Positions 14,401 through 27,768 of a stretch of 51,019 nucleotides of DNA are shown here, in pieces; the stretch's first letter is position 1; the number at the start of each line of letters is the position of its first letter. The translations under genes and the position numbers were made by a program. This stretch comes from Nemertoderma westbladi. Its lineage: Eukaryota > Animalia > Xenacoelomorpha. Where the stretch lies: positions 1 to 51,019 of the forward strand of contig JAUCBJ010002132.1 in NCBI GenBank assembly GCA_032718475.1, read 5' to 3'. The notes below the pieces were generated by a model. It had not been told where the DNA came from and made no database searches. It was given only the letters and a program-made list of their open reading frames with translations.

Positions 14401-17400
14401 CTAGAGGTCTCGCTATGGGACCTAATGAATACTAGAGTACTAGAGGTCTCGCTATGCGTACCTAATGAATACTAGAGCACTAGAGGTCTCGCTATGCGGA
14501 CCTAATGAATACGAGAGCACTAGAGGTCTCGCTATACGGACCTAATGAATACGAGAGCACTAGAGGTCTCGCTATGGGACCTAATGAATACGAGTGCACT
14601 AGAGGTCTCGTTATGCGGACCTAATGAATACGAGAGCACTAGAGGTCTCGCTATGGGACCTAATGAATACTAGAGTACTAGAGGTCTCGCTATGCGTACC
14701 TAATGAATACTAGAGCACTAGAGGTCTCGCTATGCGGACCTAATGAATACTAGAGCACTAGAGGTCTCGCTATGCGGACCTAATGAATACGAGTGCACTA
14801 GAGGTCTCGTTATGCGGACCTAATGAATACGAGAGCACTAGAGGTCTCGCTATGGGACCTAATGAATACTAGAGTACTAGAGGTCTCGCTATGCGTACCT
14901 AATGAATACTAGAGCACTAGAGGTCTCGCTATGCGGACCTAATGAATACGAGAGCACTAGAGGTCTCGCTATACGGACCTAATGAATACGAGAGCACTAG
15001 AGGTCTCGCTATGGGACCTAATGAATACTAGAGCACTAGAGGTCTCGCTATGCGTACCTAATGAATACTAGAGCACTAGAGGTCTCGTTATGCGGACCTA
15101 ATGAATACAAGAGCACTAGAGGTCTCGCTATGCGGACCTAATGAATACGAGAGCACTAGAGGTCTCGCTATACGGACCTAATGAATACGAGAGCACTAGA
15201 GGTCTCGTTATGGGACCTAATGAATACTAGAGCACTAGAGGTCTCGCTATGGGACCTAATGAATACTAGAGTACTAGAGGTCTCGCTATGCGTACCTAAT
15301 GAATACTAGAGCACTAGAGGTCTCGCTATGCGGACCTAATGAATACTAGAGCACTAGAGGTCTCGCTATGCGTACCTAATGAATACTAGAGCACTAGAGG
15401 TCTCGCTATGGGACCTAATGAATACTAGAGTACTAGAAGTCTCGTTATGCGGACCTAATGAATACGAGAGCATTAGAGGTCTCGCTATGCGGACCTAATG
15501 AATACTAGAGCACTAGAGGTCTCGCTATGCGGACCTAATGAATACTAGAGCACTAGAGGTCTCGTTATGTGGACCTAATGAATACGAGAGCACTAGAGGT
15601 CTCGCTATGCGGACCTAATGAATACTAGAACACTAGAGGTCTCGCTATGCGTACCTAATGAATACTAGAGCACTAGAGGTCTCGCTATACGGACCTAATG
15701 AATACTAGAGCACTAGAGGTCTCGCTATGCGTACCTAATGAATACTAGAGCACTAGAGGTCTCGCTATGCGGGCCTAATGAATACTAGAACACTAGAGGT
15801 CTCGCTATGCGTACCTAATGAATACTAGAGCACTAGAGGTCTCGCTATACGGACCTAATGAATACTAGAGTACTAGAGGTCTCGTTATGCGGACCTAATG
15901 AATACTAGAGCACTAGAGGTCTCACTATGCGGGCCTAATGAATACTAGAACACTAGAGGTCTCGCTATGCGTACCTAATGAATACTAGAGCACTAGAGGT
16001 CTCGCTATACGGACCTAATGAATACTAGAGTACTAGAGGTCTCGTTATGCGGACCTAATGAATACTAGAGCACTAGAGGTCTCGCTATGGGACCTAATGA
16101 ATACTAGAGCACTAGAGGTCTCGCTATGCGGACCTAATGAATACTAGAGCACTAGAGGTCTCGCTATGCGTACCTAATGAATACGAGAGCACTAGAGGTC
16201 TCGCTATGGGACCTAATGAATACTAGAGTACTAGAGGTCTCGCTATGCGTACCTAATGAATACTAGAGCACTAGGGGTCTCGCTATGCGTACCTAATGAA
16301 TACGAGAGCACTAGAGGTCTCGCTATGGGACCTAATGAATACTAGAGTACTAGAGGTCTCGCTATGCGTACCTAATGAATACTAGAGCACTAGAGGTCTC
16401 GCTATGCGGACCTAATGAATACGAGAGCACTAGAGGTCTCGCTATGCGGACCTAATGAATACTAGAGCACTAGAGGTCTCGCTATGGGACCTAATGAATA
16501 CTAGAGTACTAGAGGTCTCGCTATGCGTACCTAATGAATACGAGAGCACTAGAGGTCTCGCTATGCGGACCTAATGAATACGAGAGCACTAGAGGTCTCG
16601 CTATGGGACCTAATGAATACGAGAGCACTAGAGGTCTCGCTATGCGGACCTAATGAATACTAGAGCACTAGAGGTCTCGCTATGCGTACCTAATGAATAC
16701 GAGAGCACTAGAGGTCTCGCTATGGGACCTAATGAATACTAGAGTACTAGAGGTCTCGCTATGCGTACCTAATGAATACTAGAGCACTAGAGGTCTCGCT
16801 ATGGGACCTAATGAATACTAGAGTACTAGAGGTCTCGCTATGCGTACCTAATGAATACTAGAGCACTAGAGGTCTCGCTATGGGACCTAATGAATACTAG
16901 AGTACTAGAGGTCTCGCTATGCGTACCTAATGAATACTAGAGCACTAGGGGTCTCGCTATGCGGACCTAATGAATACGAGAGCACTAGAGGTCTCGTTAT
17001 GCGGACCTAATGAATACGAGAGCACTAGAGGTCTCGCTATGGGACCTAATGAATACTAGAGTACTAGAGGTCTCGCTATGCGTACCTAATGAATACTAGA
17101 GTACTAGAGGTCTCGCTATGCGGACCTAATGAATACTAGTGCACTAGAGGTATCGCTATGCGTACCTAATGAATACGAGAGCACTAGAGGTCTCGTTATG
17201 CGGACCTAATGAATACTAGAGCACTAGAGGTCTCGTTATGCGGACCTAATGAATACTAGAGCACTAGAGGTCTCGCTATGCGGACCTAATGAATACGAGA
17301 GCACTAGAGGTCTCGTTATGCGGACCTAATGAATACTAGAGCACTAGAGGTCTCGTTATGTGGACCTAATGAATACGAGAGCACTAGAGGTCTCGCTATG

Positions 17401-20400
17401 GGACCTAATGAATACTAGAGCACTAGAGGTCTCGCTATGCGGACCTAATGAATACTAGAGCACTAGAGGTCTCGCTATGCGGACCTAATGAATACTAGAG
17501 GTCTCGCTATGCGGGCCTAATGAATACTAGAGCACTAGAGGTCTCGCTATGCGTACCTAATGAATACTAGAGCACTAGAGGTCTCGCTATGCGTACCTAA
17601 TGAATACTAGAGCACTAGAGGTCTCGTTATGTGGACCTAATGAATACTAGAGCACTAGAGGTCTCGCTATGGGACCTAATGAATACTAGAGCACTAGAGG
17701 TCTCGCTATGCGGACCTAATGAATACTAGAGCACTAGAGGTCTCGCTATGCGTACCTAATGAATACTAGAGCACTAGAGGTCTCGCTATGCGTACCTAAT
17801 GAATACTAGAGCACTAGAGGTCTCGCTATGTGGACCTAATGAATACTAGAGCACTAGAGGTCTCGCTATGCGTACCTAATGAATACTAGAGCACTAGAGG
17901 TCTCGCTATGCGGACCTAATGAATACTAGAGCACTAGAGGTCTCGCTATGCGTACCTAATGAATACTAGAGCACTAGAGGTCTCGTTATGTGGACCTAAT
18001 GAATACGAGAGCACTAGAGGTCTCGCTATGGGACCTAATGAATACTAGAGCACTAGAGGTCTCGCTATGCGTACCTAATGAATACTAGAGCACTAGAGGT
18101 CTCGCTATGCGTACCTAATGAATACTAGAGCACTAGAGGTCTCGCTATGCGTACCTAATGAATACTAGAGCACTAGAGGTCTCGCTATGGGACCTAATGA
18201 ATACTAGAGCACTAGAGGTCTCGTTATGCGGACCTAATGAATACGAGAGCATTAGAGGTCTCGCTATGCGGACCTAATGAATACTAGAGCACTAGAGGTC
18301 TCGCTATGGGACCTAATGAATACTAGAGTACTAGAGGTCTCGTTATGCGGACCTAATGAATACTAGAGCACTAGAGGTCTCGCTATGCGGACCTAATGAA
18401 TACTAGAGCACTAGAGGTCTCGCTATGCGGACCTAATGAATACTAGAGCACTAGAGGTCTCGCTATGGGACCTAATGAATACTAGAGCACTAGAGGTCTC
18501 GTTATGCGGACCTAATGAATACGAGAGCATTAGAGGTCTCGCTATGCGGACCTAATGAATACTAGAGCACTAGAGGTCTCGCTATGCGGACCTAATGAAT
18601 ACTAGAGTACTAGAGGTCTCGTTATGCGGACCTAATGAATACTAGAGCACTAGAGGTCTCGCTATGCGGACCTAATGAATACTAGAGTACTAGAGGTCTC
18701 GTTATGCGTACCTAATGAATACTAGAGCACTAGAGGTCTCGCTATGGGACCTAATGAATACTAGAGCACTAGAGGTCTCGCTATGGGACCTAATGAATAC
18801 TAGAGCACTAGAGGTCTCGCTATGCGGACCTAATGAATACTAGAGCACTAGAGGTCTCGTTATGCGTACCTAATGAATACTAGAGCACTAGAGGTCTCGC
18901 TATGGGACCTAATGAATACTAGAGCACTAGAGGTCTCGTTATGCGGACCTAATGAATACTAGAGCACTAGAGGTCTCGCTATGGGACCTAATGAATACTA
19001 GAGCACTAGAGGTCTCGCTATGCGGACCTAATGAATACTAGAGCACTAGAGGTCTCGTTATGCGGACCTAATGAATACGAGAGCATTAGAGGTCTCGTTA
19101 TACGGACCTAATGAATACTAGAGCACTAGAGGTCTCGCTATGGGACCTAATGAATACTAGAGCACTAGAGGTCTCGCTATGCGGACCTAATGAATACTAG
19201 AGCACTAGAGGTCTCGCTATGCGGACCTAATGAATACTAGAGCACTAGAGGTCTCGCTATGCGGACCTAATGAATACTAGAGCACTAGAGGTCTCGTTAT
19301 GCGGACCTAATGAATACTAGAGCACTAGAGGTCTCGCTATGCGGACCTAATGAATACTAGAGCACTAGAGGTCTCGCTATGCGTACCTAATGAATACTAG
19401 AGCACTAGAGGTCTCGCTATGCGGACCTAATGAATACTAGAGCACTAGAGGTCTCGCTATGCGGACCTAATGAATACTAGAGCACTAGAGGTCTCGCTAT
19501 GCGGACCTAATGAATACTAGAGCACTAGAGGTCTCGCTATGCGTACCTAATGAATACTAGAGCACTAGAGGTCTCGCTATGGGACCTAATGAATACTAGA
19601 GCACTAGAGGTCTCGCTATGGGACCTAATGAATACTAGAGCACTAGAGGTCTCGCTATGCGGACCTAATGAATACTAGAGCACTAGAGGTCTCGTTATGC
19701 GGACCTAATGAATACGAGAGCACTAGAGGTCTCGCTATGCGGACCTAATGAATACTAGAGCACTAGAGGTCTCGCTATGCGGACCTAATGAATACTAGAG
19801 TACTAGAGGTCTCGCTATGCGTACCTAATGAATACTAGAGCACTAGAGGTCTCGCTATGCGGACCTAATGAATACTAGAGCACTAGAGGTCTCGCTATAC
19901 GGACCTAATGAATACTAGAGCACTAGAGGTCTCGCTATGGGACCTAATGAATACTAGAGCACTAGAGGTCTCGTTATGCGGACCTAATGAATACGAGAGC
20001 ACTAGAGGTCTCGCTATGCGGACCTAATGAATACTAGAGCACTAGAGGTCTCGCTATGCGGACCTAATGAATACTAGAGCACTAGAGGTCTCGCTATGCG
20101 TACCTAATGAATACTAGAGCACTAGAGGTCTCGCTATGCGGACCTAATGAATACTAGAGCACTAGAGGTCTCGTTATGCGGACCTAATGAATACGAGAGC
20201 ACTAGAGGTCTCGCTATGGGACCTAATGAATACTAGAGCACTAGAGGTCTCGCTATGGGACCTAATGAATACTAGAGCACTAGAGGTCTCGCTATGCGTA
20301 CCTAATGAATACTAGAGCACTAGAGGTCTCGCTATGCGGACCTAATGAATACTAGAGCACTAGAGGTCTCGCTATGCGGACCTAATGAATACGAGAGCAC

Positions 20401-23400
20401 TAGAGGTCTCGCTATGCGGACCTAATGAATACTAGAGCACTAGAGGTCTCGCTATGCGTACCTAATGAATACTAGAGCACTAGAGGTCTCGTTATGCGGA
20501 CCTAATGAATACGAGAGCACTAGAGGTCTCGCTATGCGGACCTAATGAATACTAGAGCACTAGAGGTCTCGCTATGCGTACCTAATGAATACTAGAGCAC
20601 TAGAGGTCTCGCTATGCGTACCTAATGAATACTAGAGCACTAGAGGTCTCGCTATGCGGACCTAATGAATACTAGAGCACTAGAGGTCTCGCTATGCGGA
20701 CCTAATGAATACGAGAGCACTAGAGGTCTCGTTATGCGGACCTAATGAATACTAGAGCACTAGAGGTCTCGCTATGCGTACCTAATGAATACTAGAGCAC
20801 TAGAGGTCTCGCTATGCGGACCTAATGAATACTAGAGCACTAGAGGTCTCGCTATGCGTACCTAATGAATACTAGAGCACTAGAGGTCTCGTTATGTGGA
20901 CCTAATGAATACGAGAGCACTAGAGGTCTCGCTATGCGGACCTAATGAATACGAGAGCACTAGAGGTCTCGTTATGCGGACCTAATGAATACGAGAGCAC
21001 TAGAGGTCTCGCTATGGGACCTAATGAATACTAGAGTACTAGAGGTCTCGCTATGCGTACCTAATGAATACTAGAGCACTAGAGGTCTCGCTATGCGTAC
21101 CTAATGAATACTAGAGCACTAGAGGTCTCGCTATGCGGACCTAATGAATACGAGAGCACTAGAGGTCTCGCTATGCGGACCTAATGAATACGAGAGCACT
21201 AGAGGTCTCGCTATGGGACCTAATGAATACTAGAGTACTAGAGGTCTCGCTATGCGTACCTAATGAATACTAGAGCACTAGAGGTCTCGTTATGTGGACC
21301 TAATGAATACGAGAGCACTAGAGGTCTCGCTATGGGACCTAATGAATACTAGAGCACTAGAGGTCTCGCTATGCGTACCTAATGAATACTAGAGCACTAG
21401 AGGTCTCGCTATGCGTACCTAATGAATACTAGAGCACTAGAGGTCTCGCTATGCGGACCTAATGAATACGAGAGCACTAGAGGTCTCGCTATGGGACCTA
21501 ATGAATACTAGAGTACTAGAGGTCTCGCTATGCGTACCTAATGAATACTAGAGCACTAGAGGTCTCGTTATGCGGACCTAATGAATACGAGAGCACTAGA
21601 GGTCTCGCTATGCGGACCTAATGAATACTAGAGCACTAGAGGTCTCGCTATGCGTACCTAATGAATACTAGAGCACTAGAGGTCTCGCTATACGGACCTA
21701 ATGAATACTAGAGCACTAGAGGTCTCGCTATGCGTACCTAATGAATACTAGAGCACTAGAGGTCTCGTTATGTGGACCTAATGAATACGAGAGCACTAGA
21801 GGTCTCGCTATGCGGACCTAATGAATACGAGAGCACTAGAGGTCTCGCTATGCGGACCTAATGAATACTAGAGCACTAGAGGTCTCGCTATGCGGACCTA
21901 ATGAATACGAGAGCACTAGAGGTCTCGTTATGCGGACCTAATGAATACGAGAGCACTAGAGGTCTCGCTATGGGACCTAATGAATACTAGAGTACTAGAG
22001 GTCTCGCTATGCGGACCTAATGAATACGAGAGCACTAGAGGTCTCGTTATGCGGACCTAATGAATACTAGAGCACTAGAGGTCTCGCTATGCGGACCTAA
22101 TGAATACGAGAGCACTAGAGGTCTCGTTATGCGGACCTAATGAATACGAGAGCACTAGAGGTCTCGCTATGGGACCTAATGAATACTAGAGTACTAGAGG
22201 TCTCGCTATGCGTACCTAATGAATACTAGAGCACTAGAGGTCTCGTTATGTGGACCTAATGAATACGAGAGCACTAGAGGTCTCGCTATGCGGACCTAAT
22301 GAATACTAGAGCACTAGAGGTCTCGCTATGCGTACCTAATGAATACTAGAGCACTAGAGGTCTCGCTATGCGGACCTAATGAATACTAGAGCACTAGAGG
22401 TCTCGCTATGCGTACCTAATGAATACTAGAGCACTAGAGGTCTCGCTATACGGACCTAATGAATACGAGAGCACTAGAGGTCTCGCTATGCGGACCTAAT
22501 GAATACGAGAGCACTAGAGGTCTCGTTATGCGGACCTAATGAATACGAGAGCACTAGAGGTCTCGCTATGGGACCTAATGAATACTAGAGTACTAGAGGT
22601 CTCGCTATGCGTACCTAATGAATACTAGAGCACTAGAGGTCTCGTTATGGGACCTAATGAATACGAGAGCACTAGAGGTCTCGCTATGCGGACCTAATGA
22701 ATACTAGAGCACTAGAGGTCTCGCTATGCGTACCTAATGAATACTAGAGCACTAGAGGTCTCGCTATGCGGACCTAATGAATACTAGAGCACTAGAGGTC
22801 TCGCTATGCGTACCTAATGAATACTAGAGCACTAGAGGTCTCGTTATGCGGACCTAATGAATACGAGAGCACTAGAGGTCTCGCTATGCGGACCTAATGA
22901 ATACTAGAGCACTAGAGGTCTCGCTATGCGGACCTAATGAATACGAGAGCACTAGAGGTCTCGTTATGCGGACCTAATGAATACGAGAGCACTAGAGGTC
23001 TCGCTATGGGACCTAATGAATACTAGAGCACTAGAGGTCTCGCTATGCGTACCTAATGAATACTAGAGCACTAGAGGTCTCGCTATGCGGACCTAATGAA
23101 TACGAGAGCACTAGAGGTCTCGCTATGCGGACCTAATGAATACTAGAGCACTAGAGGTCTCGCTATGCGGACCTAATGAATACTAGAGCACTAGAGGTCT
23201 CGCTATGCGGACCTAATGAATACTAGAGCACTAGAGGTCTCGCTATGCGGACCTAATGAATACTAGAGCACTAGAGGTCTCGCTATGGGACCTAATGAAT
23301 ACGAGAGCACTAGAGGTCTCGCTATGCGGACCTAATGAATACTAGAGCACTAGAGGTCTCGCTATGCGGACCTAATGAATACTAGAGCACTAGAGGTCTC

Positions 23401-25572
23401 GCTATGCGGACCTAATGAATACTAGAGCACTACAGGTCTCGCTATGCGGACCTAATGAATACTAGAGCACTAGAGGTCTCGCTATGCGTACCTAATGAAT
23501 ACTAGAGCACTAGAGGTCTCGCTATGCGTACCTAATGAATACTAGAGCACTAGAGGTCTCGTTATGCGGACCTAATGAATACTAGAGCACTAGAGGTCTC
23601 GCTATGGGACCTAATGAATACTAGAGCACTAGAGGTCTCGCTATGCGTACCTAATGAATACTAGAGCACTAGAGGTCTCGCTATGCGGACCTAATGAATA
23701 CTAGAGCACTAGAGGTCTCGCTATGCGGACCTAATGAATACTAGAGCACTAGAGGTCTCGCTATGGGACCTAATGAATACTAGAGCACTAGAGGTCTCGC
23801 TATGCGGACCTAATGAATACTAGAGCACTAGAGGTCTCGCTATGCGTACCTAATGAATACTAGAGCACTAGAGGTCTCGTTATGCGGACCTAATGAATAC
23901 TAGAGCACTAGAGGTCTCGCTATGCGGACCTAATGAATACTAGAGTACTAGAGGTCTCGTTATGCGGACCTAATGAATACTAGAGCACTAGAGGTCTCGC
24001 TATGCGGACCTAATGAATACTAGAGCACTAGAGGTCTCGCTATGCGGACCTAATGAATACTAGAGCACTAGAGGTCTCGCTATGCGGACCTAATGAATAC
24101 TAGAGCACTAGAGGTCTCGCTATGCGGACCTAATGAATACTAGAGCACTAGAGGTCTCGCTATGCGGACCTAATGAATACTAGAGCACTAGAGGTCTCGC
24201 TATGCGGACCTAATGAATACTAGAGCACTAGAGGTCTCGTTATGCGGACCTAATGAATACTAGAGCACTAGAGGTCTCGCTATGCGGACCTAATGAATAC
24301 TAGAGCACTAGAGGTCTCGCTATGCGGACCTAATGAATACTAGAGCACTAGAGGTCTCGCTATGCGGACCTAATGAATACTAGAGCACTAGAGGTCTCGC
24401 TATGCGGACCTAATGAATACAAGAGCACTAGAGGTCTCGCTATGCGGACCTAATGAATACTAGAGCACTAGAGGTCTCGTTATGCGGGCCTAATGAATAC
24501 TAGAGCACTAGAGGTCTCGCTATGCGGACCTAATGAATACTAGAGCACTAGAGGTCTCGCTATGCGGACCTAATGAATACTAGAGCACTAGAGGTCTCGC
24601 TATGCGGACCTAATGAATACTAGAGCACTAGAGGTCTCGCTATGCGGACCTAATGAATACTAGAGCACTAGAGGTCTCGCTATGCGGACCTAATGAATAC
24701 TAGAGCACTAGAGGTCTCGCTATGCGGACCTAATGAATACAAGAGCACTAGAGGTCTCGCTATGCGGACCTAATGAATACTAGAGCACTAGAGGTCTCGT
24801 TATGCGGGCCTAATGAATACTAGAGCACTAGAGGTCTCGCTATGCGGACCTAATGAATACTAGAGCACTAGAGGTCTCGCTATGCGGACCTAATGAATAC
24901 TAGAGCACTAGAGGTTTCGTTATGCGGACCTAATGAATACTAGAGCACTAGAGGTTTCGCTATGCGGACCTAATGAATACTAGAGCACTAGAGGTCTCGC
25001 TATGCGGACCTAATGAATACTAGAGCACTAGAGGTCTCGCTATGCGGACCTAATGAATACTAGAGCACTAGAGGTCTCGCTATACGGACATAATGAATAC
25101 TAGAGCACTAGAGGTCTCGCCATGCGTACCTAATGAATACTAGAGCACTAGAGGTCTCGTTATGCGGACCTAATGAATACTAGAGCACTAGAGGTCTCGT
25201 TATGCGGACCTAATGAATACTAGAGCACTAGAGGTCTCGTTATGCGGACCTAATGAATACTAGAGTACTAGAGGTCTCGCTATGCGGACCTAATGAATAC
25301 TAGTGCACTAGAGGTATCGCTATGCGGACCTAATGAATACTAGAGCACTAGAGGTCTCGCTATGCGGACCTAATGAATACGAGAGCACTAGAGGTCTCGC
25401 GATGGGACCTAATGAATACGAGAGCACTAGAGGTCTCGCTATGCGGACCTAATGAATACGAGAGCACTAGAGGTCTCGCTATGCGGGCCTAATGAATACT
25501 AGAGCACTAGAGGTCTCGCTATGCGGACCTAATGAATACTAGACAACTAGAGGTCTCGCTATGCGGACCTAA
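2405..25572. repeat. 23-kb tandem satellite, 40-bp monomer (about 580 copies)
   Basis: Consensus AATGAATACTAGAGCACTAGAGGTCTCGCTATGCGGACCT, with recurrent 39-bp (GGGACCT) and rare 32-bp variants. No unique spacers. Confidence 0.99.
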
Positions 25573-25704
25573 ATACAAGCGCTTGAGTCCTCAATCCCAT
25601 CGACTGCTTTTCTATTAATATAACTACAGTAGAGAGCCAACAAGCTGGCAATAAGAAGACTGTCAGGCCCTACGCTAAGAATGACCTAGAGGTATAGCGG
25701 CACA

Positions 25705-27232
25705 TATGCTACGTTTCCAAAGTCTTTGAAAAACAACTCATATACATTGCACTCTATAAACACATCAAACCACTTCTTTGCATCCAACAATATGGCTTCC
25801 GACATGGACGCTCAACAACAATCCAGTTAATCCAATTTCTGGATCGCATCTACCAGGGAATCGAAGACGGCTACGAAGTAGTTGAGGCCATCTACCTCGA
25901 CTTCTCCAAGGCCTTCGACAGGGTCAACCACAACATTCTACTACAAAAACTCTGGGATACTGGTGTGCGTGGTCGCCTATTTACGCAATTATAAAGAGCT
26001 ACCTAACAAACCGCAGACAGCTCACACGTGTCGATGGCCACTACTCAGACGAGCTCAGTGTTGACAGCAGTGTACCTCAGGGTTCACTACTTGCAGTCCT
26101 GCACTTCCTTGTTTACGACAACGACCTACCAATCTGTATCGAGTCCGCTGAAGGCTATCTCTTTGCTGACGACACCAAACTCTTGAACACTATTGCCGAT
26201 CCAATTCCACTCCAGCTTGATCTAGACCGGCTTTCAGTCTGGGCCGAAAATAATTCCATGGCATTCAGCAGCGAAAAATGCAGGCAACTGGTTTTTCGAG
26301 GCTCACCACCACACAGTACCTTATCCGGATTCACAATAACTGGGGCGGTCGAGGAGAAGGACCTCGGTTTAACCATAAACAAAAGTCTCTCATGGTCGCA
26401 CCATATCAGCGAACGAATAAGGAAGGCTACAGGAATGCTCCAAACATTGAAGCGCTGTTCGTCATCACAGTTATCAACATCTGCAAAGCTAAACGCTTAA
26501 AAAACTCTAATAGTCCCAATCGCAACCTACGCATCACAATGCTGGTACGCCAACCACAAGGACACTCTCACAATGCTGGTACGCCAACCACAAGGACACT
26601 CTCACAATGCTGGTACGCCATCCACAAGGACACTCTCACAATAGAGCAGTTACAACATCGTTCAACAAGATGGATCCTCAATTCCTCTCAAACATATAAA
26701 GAACGTCTTTCCGCACTCAAACTACTGCCGCTATCACTATATCTACAACTGCACGACCTCCTTCTATTATCAGCTATCTCAACAAGAAGTACGAATTCAA
26801 CTGGCAGCCTTACATTAAACTATCTTGCAGCAGTACAACCAGCACCTCGATTCGTCTCCCGCAGCTATTCATTTTACCCTTACTTCGCCACTCTTCATCG
26901 ACCTGTAATTTCTGGTACCGCTCGCAACGACTAGCCAACCACCTCACCTGCCTGCAACAATAAACTTTCTCAACCCTGTCGGAATCAAACAACGTCTGTC
27001 GCTACTATTCTGGAACTTTTTCACGACCAAATACAACAAACACTCACCCTGCACCTGGATACTCGCCTACTCTTGCTCCAACTGCCTTCCTGTAAAGCCC
27101 GATCTCCATCGTTTCTACCACTAAACTCTACTAACAAACTCTATTGTAGGACTACGTATTTTGTTTACGGGTTCACACCCATCAAGTGCACACAGCTCTT
27201 GTAAATTCTATTATTATTATTATTATTATTAT
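25705..27232 (+). mobile_element. 5'-truncated degenerate CR1-clade LINE (RT domain to 3' end)
   Basis: Fragmented RT motifs SKVFEK, QYGFRHGRSTT, AIYLDFSKAFDRVNHNILLQKL, SVPQGS, YLFADDTKL, LQLDLDRLSVWAEN and EKDLG, with frameshifts. Ends in an (ATT)n tail at about 27209-27232. Confidence 0.9.
26534..26642 (+). repeat. 34-bp tandem triplication inside the CR1
   Basis: tcacaatgctggtacgccaaccacaaggacactc three times, followed by tcacaat. Confidence 0.95.
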
Positions 27233-27251
27233 ATACCTAACAGTATGTAAG

Positions 27252-27479
27252 CCCTAACGGTCTTCTAATTAAATGAAATTTGATATCTCGAGAACCGATC
27301 ATCGAAGTTTTTTTAATGTTATTGTACAGTTTAGCGAACTGCATCCAACGAAATCCAAATTTCGGATGACATCAGAATTTGCCAAAAAAATGTCAAGCCA
27401 ATATCAATGTGCACAAACAAACATACAGACACACATACGTTTTTTTGACAGCAATAATCCCTAACGGTCTTCTAATTAA
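27252..27479 (-). mobile_element. Helentron/DINE-1-like non-autonomous fragment bounded by 21-bp direct repeats
   Basis: ccctaacggtcttctaattaa at 27252-27272 and 27459-27479. Internal (GTYT)-type microsatellite (minus strand gtatgtgtgtctgtatgtttgtttgt) and an atatctcgagaacc motif, reminiscent of such elements. Confidence 0.4.
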
Positions 27480-27494
27480 GTTATATATACTAAC

Positions 27495-27678
27495 TTTTTT
27501 CAGTGGCTTTAAGTTTGGCGCCGAGTATTTCCTTTGGCTGAACTTCCAGACAGACACGCAGGTCCACCTGGCCCGATGGATTGGCAGCAACAACCCGAAT
27601 GGATCCGTCGTCGATAAGTTTACTTTTCAGAATTTCTAGGTGATGAATTCCATCGTAAGAAACTTTAAAACGACTCGT
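27495..27678 (-). CDS. TTN: Titin/kettin-family exon C (second half of an I-set Ig domain); not in the ORF track
   Basis: Acceptor ttcttag| (phase 0, matching exon B). Translation TSRFKVSYDGIHHLEILKSKLIDDGSIRVVAANPSGQVDLRVCLEVQPKEILGAKLKATEK; donor |gttagt. Resembles vertebrate titin Z9 (recalled: SKRFRVRYDGIHYLDI...KLEIQQREDF). The symbol denotes the family; orthology is not proven. Confidence 0.88.
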
Positions 27679-27768
27679 CTAAGAAGCCATTAAAATAAAT
27701 AAATAAATAAATAAATCTGGCATATACATTTCGTACTGTAGGCGCCTTTAGAGATCTTACCATTTTAT

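Noticed and set aside
2405-25572. CRISPR array or synthetic Golden Gate concatemer (GGTCTC BsaI site in each unit)
   Set aside because: No unique spacers and no cas genes; the context is a eukaryotic intron with natural variant structure.
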